Assembly: GCA_045636325.1 (NCBI GenBank)
Contig: JAZTXH010000009.1
Location: forward strand, 59,479-123,478
DNA: 64,000 nt
From: Clostridia bacterium
Lineage (GTDB): Bacteria > Bacillota > Clostridia > UBA1381 > UMGS1253
Reading direction: 5' to 3'
Positions 59,266 through 64,000 of the stretch are shown here, one piece after another; position 1 is the first letter of the stretch; each line of letters begins with the position of its first letter. The position numbers and the translations under genes were made by a program. The notes beneath the pieces were generated by a model. That model was not told the DNA's origin, ran no database searches, and worked only from the letters and a program-made list of their open reading frames with translations.

Positions 59266-60693
59266 TCAAACAATATGTAGTCCGTCAGCCATTACGCATC
59301 TTCTCTGACGAGTAAAGCTTCTTGCTGATGTAATACCCTCACCGGTAGGTCCTGCAATAGTAAATGTTGTATGACCTTCACCCCCTGCACCGATACCTGC
59401 ATAAGAAGGAGCATTCTTAACAAATATTGTTGTTTCAACTGCACGCGCAAATGCGGTAAGTCTGTCAACATTCTTTGAATGAATATGTGCACTGTGGCGG
59501 TTGCCATGTTCTGCCTTAACTGCCATATTTATAGCTTCTTCAATATCATTAACTCTAACAATAGCAAGAATTGGCATCATCATTTCAACCTGAACAAAAG
59601 GATGATTTTCTTCTGTTTCACAAATAATCAGTTTAGCATCAGCCTCAATTCCAAGCTCTTTTAAGAACTTCTTTGCATCTTTTCCTACCCATTTTTTATT
59701 TATAGAATATTTACCGTCTTTTTCAACAAGACAAAGCTTAACCAAATCATCAATCTGCTTACCCTTAAGAAGATATGCACCTGCATCCTGCATGTAAGCA
59801 ACCAGCTGGTCTGTAATACTTGCAAATGCAAAACATTCTTTTTCTGCAATACAGGGAAGGTTATTGTCAAAGCTTGCACCTGCAACAATATCAGATGCCG
59901 CCTTTTTAATATCAGCAGTATCATCTACTATAACAGGAGGATTGCCTGCACCAGCACCTATTGCCTTCTTGCCTGAAGACAAAAGTGCACGCACAACGCC
60001 TGGGCCACCTGTTGCAACAAGCATCTTTACAAGAGGAGATGCCATCATTTCATCTGAGCTTTCCTTTGTAGGCTGCTCTACTGAAACAACTAAATTTTCA
60101 GGACCGCCTGCTTCAAGAATTGCGCGGTTTACCAAATCAACTGCGTAATTTGCTGTTTTGCACGCATTAGGGTGGGGATTGAAAACAACTGCGTTACCGC
60201 CTGCAATCATACCCATTGAGTTACATAAAACTGTTTCACTGGGATTTGTAGAAGGTGTTATACTTCCAATAACGCCGTAAGGTGCCATCTCTATAAGTGT
60301 AAGACCTGCATCGCCTGTAAATACCTTCGGCTCCAAATCCTCTGTACCAGGAGTCTTTTTTGCCACAAGCTGATGCTTGATAATCTTATCAGGCACATTA
60401 CCCATACCTGTTTCTTCAACACCAAGCTTTGCCATTTCTTCTGCTTCCTGTAATGTAAGCTTTCTAATATTTGAAATCATCTGTTCTCTCTGCTCAACTG
60501 TATATGAGCGGAACTGAGCATATGCCTTACCTACTGCATCCAAAGCTTCGCCCATTGTTTTAAATACACCCTTCTGCGCATGACACTTGCAGTCACCACC
60601 GCAACTGCCGCCACAAGAACATTTGCTCTCGCCATCCATAACGCTCATAACTGCTTCAACAATTTTTGATAACTGTGTTTCATCAATCTTCAT
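59266..60693 (-). CDS. CoA-acylating aldehyde dehydrogenase (PduP/EutE type) with an encapsulation peptide and a Cys-rich linker
   Basis: Catalytic block NNLPCIAEKE. N-terminal helix ETQLSKIVEAVMSVM. Linker CSCGGSCGGDCKCH at residues 25-38. Confidence 0.85.
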   Translation of the reverse strand: MKIDETQLSKIVEAVMSVMDGESKCSCGGSCGGDCKCHAQKGVFKTMGEALDAVGKAYAQFRSYTVEQREQMISNIRKLTLQEAEEMAKLGVEETGMGNVPDKIIKHQLVAKKTPGTEDLEPKVFTGDAGLTLIEMAPYGVIGSITPSTNPSETVLCNSMGMIAGGNAVVFNPHPNACKTANYAVDLVNRAILEAGGPENLVVSVEQPTKESSDEMMASPLVKMLVATGGPGVVRALLSSGKKAIGAGAGNPPVIVDDTADIKKAASDIVAGASFDNNLPCIAEKECFAFASITDQLVAYMQDAGAYLLKGKQIDDLVKLCLVEKDGKYSINKKWVGKDAKKFLKELGIEADAKLIICETEENHPFVQVEMMMPILAIVRVNDIEEAINMAVKAEHGNRHSAHIHSKNVDRLTAFARAVETTIFVKNAPSYAGIGAGGEGHTTFTIAGPTGEGITSARSFTRQRRCVMADGLHIV

Positions 60694-60748
60694 ATCACAT
60701 TGCTCCTGTCTTTAAAAATATCTATCACAAAAAACTTAATTTTCTACT

Positions 60749-61297
60749 TTATAAAATTGCCTGCCATAGCTTTTTATCGGGATTTGCAATAACAGAACTA
60801 TCAAGAAACATTCCTGCTCCGCCTGCTTTTTCTTTTGCACGTTCAATTGCCGCACTTACAGCTGCAATTTCACCTGTTATAAGCATATAGCTCTTACCGC
60901 ACATTCCCCTTGCAAGCCTTAACTCTATAAGCTCAACCATGCTGGTCTTTGCCGCTTCATCTGCTGCAACAATCATACTTGCCGCACTGTATGTTTCCAA
61001 AACACCCAGCGCCTTTGCATTCTCAATCTCACCGGTACCATATATTGCAGGAATAACCGACTCGTGAGGATTACCAAGAACAAAGCTGTCAATCATTTTA
61101 TCACCACATAAGCTTTTAGCCGCATCCACACAAGCACGCACCGCACTTATCTCCCCCGAAAAAAGCATAATATACTTACCCGGACACACCGTCTGAGCTT
61201 CAATAATTTCCACTTCAGCAGTTTTAACAACCATATCAGCAGCATACATACCTGCCGAAACAGTCTGATATTCTATCATTCCAATTGCACTTCTCAT
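60749..61297 (-). CDS. PduT-like tandem BMC shell protein
   Basis: Two BMC domains with QTVCPGKY (the Cys position that ligates a 4Fe-4S cluster in PduT). Start set to the ATG with a GGAGGAGAG SD. Confidence 0.75.
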   Translation of the reverse strand: MRSAIGMIEYQTVSAGMYAADMVVKTAEVEIIEAQTVCPGKYIMLFSGEISAVRACVDAAKSLCGDKMIDSFVLGNPHESVIPAIYGTGEIENAKALGVLETYSAASMIVAADEAAKTSMVELIELRLARGMCGKSYMLITGEIAAVSAAIERAKEKAGGAGMFLDSSVIANPDKKLWQAIL

Positions 61298-61314
61298 ATT
61301 ATTCTCTCCTCCGC

Positions 61315-62646
61315 TCACGCATCAATCACAACAAACCTGTCGCATACTTCTTTTACTTTTCCGCTGACAGATGCATGAATGTCTGTTCCTAAAGCATCTA
61401 AGGGTGCTTTGGCAATAACATCGCCCAAATTCACCTTGTCGCCTTTTTTAACAACCGGCACGCAACCCGCACCGATATTTTGCGCCATTGAAATCTTTAC
61501 TCGTTTGATTTTCAATTCTTCTTCCGTTAATTTTGCTTCTCTATCATATTTTTTAAGATTTAATCTTGCCGTTAATCTTGACATAGACACTCTACGGTAA
61601 GAAAAATCCTTCTTTTCGTCTTTAAGTTCACGTTTTGGTGGCTTTATGCCATTTTTTCTAAGCCCGCTTCTGTACTCATCAATAAGAGTCTTTGGCGAAA
61701 GCATTTGATTACAAGCAAACATCTCACACAAGCCGCACTGCGAACAAAAGAATGTGTCAAGCATTGCGTCTGTATCAAGCACTGTTCCCGAAGACGCTGC
61801 ATGCATAAAAACAGCTGGGTCAATTGGGTATCCCAATGCATTTCTTGGGCATAAATCCGTGCACATTCTGCACTGACAACACGCACTCATTGCCCTTTTC
61901 ATACCGATAGACGGATTAATCAGCCTTTTTGTAACTATATTATGTTCTTTTGGCATAACAAGAATTGCATTGCTTGTTTTAGTTACCGTATCAGTTTCGT
62001 TTACTATTCTGCCCGTCATAGGACCACCGCCTATCAACACACAGTTTTCTATAGTTTTTCCACCACAAAGCTCTATAAGCTCACCATATGTTGTACCAAT
62101 CGGCACTTTTAAGGTTTTTGCCGTTTCTACCTCACCTGTAACAGTTACATATTTATGGGTAACCGGCAATTTTTCCTCTACTGCATTATAAATGTTTAAT
62201 ACTGTTTCAACATTAAATACTATACATCCTATCTGAATAGGAATTCCCCCCGGCGGAACACGTTTCTTTGTTGCCTCATGAATTAAAACAACCTCGTCTC
62301 CGGCAGGATATATTTCAGGCAAAGTGCACACGCTTACACCTTCGAAAGCGTCAATATAACTCATAACTGAATCATAAGCTTCTTTGTATGAGCCTTTAAG
62401 ACAAATTATTACTTCCTTTGCCGAAACCGCTTTTTTTATAAGGTCAAGACCTTTTAAAATTTCCAGGGCATAATTTGCCAGAAGCTGACGGTGAAGTTTT
62501 AAAAGCGGCTCACATTCAGCACAATTCAAAAGGATAGTTTGCGCTCTTTCGTCAAGCTTAGCATAGCTTGGAAAGCCCGCACCACCGGCACCTGCTATTC
62601 CGTTGTCTTTTAAAATTCCTTTTAGCTCTTCAAGCTTCATTTGCAT
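61315..62646 (-). CDS. PduS/RnfC-like flavin- and 4Fe-4S-binding oxidoreductase
   Basis: 443 aa. GAGGAGFPSYAKL, an SLBB-like middle region, and two CxxCxxCxxxCP ferredoxin motifs. Confidence 0.75.
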   Translation of the reverse strand: MQMKLEELKGILKDNGIAGAGGAGFPSYAKLDERAQTILLNCAECEPLLKLHRQLLANYALEILKGLDLIKKAVSAKEVIICLKGSYKEAYDSVMSYIDAFEGVSVCTLPEIYPAGDEVVLIHEATKKRVPPGGIPIQIGCIVFNVETVLNIYNAVEEKLPVTHKYVTVTGEVETAKTLKVPIGTTYGELIELCGGKTIENCVLIGGGPMTGRIVNETDTVTKTSNAILVMPKEHNIVTKRLINPSIGMKRAMSACCQCRMCTDLCPRNALGYPIDPAVFMHAASSGTVLDTDAMLDTFFCSQCGLCEMFACNQMLSPKTLIDEYRSGLRKNGIKPPKRELKDEKKDFSYRRVSMSRLTARLNLKKYDREAKLTEEELKIKRVKISMAQNIGAGCVPVVKKGDKVNLGDVIAKAPLDALGTDIHASVSGKVKEVCDRFVVIDA

Positions 62647-62671
62647 TTACCCCATTTGTCTGATTCTATTA

Positions 62672-62938
62672 TTATAAGTTCACCCAGTCATCAACGATAC
62701 CTACGATAGCGGCATCAACCGGTGAAGTGTCCATACTGCAACCTATTCTTGCTGCGCTTCCAGTTGCAATCAAAACAATTTCACCTATTCCGGCACCAAC
62801 GTTATCAACAGCAACTATTCTGCCTTCGCCCATGCCTTCCATGGGTGAAACTATTAAAAACTTACTTCCAACAAGATTTTCATTTTTTCGTGTCGCAACA
62901 ACACTTCCTACAACCTTACCAACAATCATGAATTTCAC
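62672..62938 (-). CDS. EutN/CcmL-family pentameric vertex protein (BMC-P)
   Basis: 88 aa. (M)IVGKVVGSVVATRK N-terminus. The start could be the GTG at 62938 or the ATG at 62929. Confidence 0.85.
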   Translation of the reverse strand: MKFMIVGKVVGSVVATRKNENLVGSKFLIVSPMEGMGEGRIVAVDNVGAGIGEIVLIATGSAARIGCSMDTSPVDAAIVGIVDDWVNL

Positions 62939-62966
62939 CCGTTTCCTTATAAAGTAAGCCTATATT

Positions 62967-62998
62967 ATGGCAGACGGATTTAAAAGTCCGCCTGCCAT
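62967..62998 (-). other. intercistronic GC-rich hairpin between the BMC-H and BMC-P genes
   Basis: ATGGCAGACGGA-8 nt-TCCGCCTGCCAT: 12-bp arms with one mismatch and no U-run on the coding (minus) strand. Confidence 0.5.
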
Positions 62999-63029
62999 TT
63001 TTAACAGGCACATAAATTTACCTTGCTAA

Positions 63030-63434
63030 TCAAATAGCGGGTAAAATCTTTTCAACGTCACCGTGAGGTCTGGGAATTACGTGTACAGCTACTAATTCAC
63101 CAAGCTTTGATGCAGAGCTGGAACCTGCCTCTACAGCAGCTTTAACCGCACCTACGTCACCTCTTATCATAACGCTTAGAAGACCGCTACCGATTTTCTC
63201 TGTACCAACCAAAGTAACGTTTGCAGCCTTTAACATTGCGTCAGCAGCCTCTACTGCTGCAACTAAACCTCTTGTTTCTACCATACCTAATGCTTCCATT
63301 GCCATTTTTACTTCCTCCTTTATTTTTTCCTTTACTTCATCTTTTATTTCATTAACCGCTGCAGTTGCAGTCGGCTTATCAGCTCTTACGCTTTTTGCAC
63401 GGCTTCTTTTTGCCGGCGTCTTTTTTTCTTCCAT
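63030..63434 (-). CDS. BMC-H shell protein with a 43-aa charged N-terminal extension (alternative internal start at 63305)
   Basis: The C-terminal 91 aa is nearly identical to the neighbouring PduA/EutM-like BMC-H. Both M1 (AGGGGTGA SD) and M44 (AAGGAGG SD 8 nt upstream) have ribosome-binding sites. Confidence 0.8.
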   Translation of the reverse strand: MEEKKTPAKRSRAKSVRADKPTATAAVNEIKDEVKEKIKEEVKMAMEALGMVETRGLVAAVEAADAMLKAANVTLVGTEKIGSGLLSVMIRGDVGAVKAAVEAGSSSASKLGELVAVHVIPRPHGDVEKILPAI

Positions 63435-63450
63435 TTTAAATCACCCCTGA

Positions 63451-63726
63451 TTAAAATTTGGGTAAAATCTTTTCAACATCAGCGTGGGGTCTGGGGATTA
63501 CATGTACAGCTACTAATTCTCCAAGCTTTGATGCAGCATTTGCACCAACTTCTGTAGCAGCTTTAACTGCGCCAACGTCACCTCTTACCATAACACTTAC
63601 AAGACCGCTACCAATCTTTTCTGTGCCGATTAAAACAACCTCTGCTGCTTTAACCATTGCATCTGCAGCCTCTACTGCTGCTGTTAAACCTCTTGTTTCT
63701 ACCATACCTAATGCTTCCTGTGCCAT
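63451..63726 (-). CDS. BMC-H shell protein (PduA/EutM-like)
   Basis: 91 aa. ALGMVETRG…[20 protein letters not shown]…VHVIPRP. Confidence 0.9.
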   Translation of the reverse strand: MAQEALGMVETRGLTAAVEAADAMVKAAEVVLIGTEKIGSGLVSVMVRGDVGAVKAATEVGANAASKLGELVAVHVIPRPHADVEKILPKF

Positions 63727-63765
63727 TTTTAAATTCCTCCTCTAAATATATACTTAATTTTAAAA

Positions 63766-64000
63766 TTATTCATTTATTATAGCAACCTTCAAGCCTTCCA
63801 TCTTGAGGTTAGTCTGAAGTGCTTCATTTATTTTGTCTAAAGGATACTTATGAGTAATAAGATCCTTCATGGGAAGACCTATCCCCTTTGCTCTCTTTAA
63901 GAAATCAAATGTTGTTGCATAGTCTCTTAAAGTGTAAACCCATGAACCTACAACGGTAATCTCTTTTGAACAAATGTCAAAGTGAGGGTTAATTGTTGCG
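63766..64000 (-). CDS. 3' end of a zinc-type medium-chain alcohol/polyol dehydrogenase (5' part off-window)
   Basis: Hand translation of the minus strand gives …ATINPHFDICSKEITVVGSWVYTLRDYATTFDFLKRAKGIGLPMKDLITHKYPLDKINEALQTNLKMEGLKVAIINE*, an MDR-family C-terminus. Stop at 63766-63768. Confidence 0.6.
   Translation of the reverse strand, partial: ATINPHFDICSKEITVVGSWVYTLRDYATTFDFLKRAKGIGLPMKDLITHKYPLDKINEALQTNLKMEGLKVAIINE

Noticed and set aside
57136-64000. Calling the BMC locus PDU, EUT or a glycyl-radical (GRM) type.
   Set aside because: No diol dehydratase, ethanolamine ammonia-lyase or glycyl-radical enzyme/activase gene is present in the visible part. PduS-, PduT- and PduL-like genes occur in several locus types, so the type is left open.

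Overview
This is a low-GC, Clostridia-like chromosomal segment from an endospore former (dpaAB is present). It is densely coding, and about 90 percent of the genes lie on the minus strand. All calls come from reading the ORF track and the DNA by eye. No searches were run, and small-motif coordinates were counted by hand, so they may be off by 1-2 nt.

Most of the window is housekeeping:
- ligA, the ispH-S1 fusion, plsC, cmk, rnc, acpP, plsX, lepA, hemW, carD, rimO, recX, pgsA and rlmD.
- A GlpP-controlled glycerol-3-phosphate-dehydrogenase-like operon.
- An amino-acid ABC transporter.
- A radical-SAM DNA-repair pair.
- Many near-consensus sigma-A promoters (TTGACA-N17-TATAAT) and rho-independent terminators can be read directly.

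No CRISPR array, transposase, integrase or phage gene was seen.

The most unusual content, in order of interest:
1. A nitrogen module at 36.0-44.3 kb. A type III glutamine synthetase lies divergent from a carAB operon. In that operon CarA has Ser in place of the glutaminase Cys nucleophile. CarB is fused in frame to a full DapF-like domain that has Gly in place of its first catalytic Cys. Both promoter regions carry a perfect TGTNA-N7-TNACA (TnrA/GlnR-type) box.
2. A metabolosome (BMC) locus at 57.1-64.0 kb that runs off the window, so its signature enzyme is not visible. It has a metallothionein-like Cys cluster in the aldehyde dehydrogenase linker and a shell paralogue with two possible start codons.
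3. An XRE-HTH::GlmM fusion heading a glmM / LbH-acetyltransferase / nagB operon, with a palindrome over its -35.
4. An uncharacterised block of flavodoxin, CPBP protease, ACT-MBL hydrolase and two RimK-type ATP-grasp ligases.
5. A decayed GDPD gene with a homopolymer frameshift, and a MadL/MadM-type transporter cassette flanked by duplicated terminator sequence.
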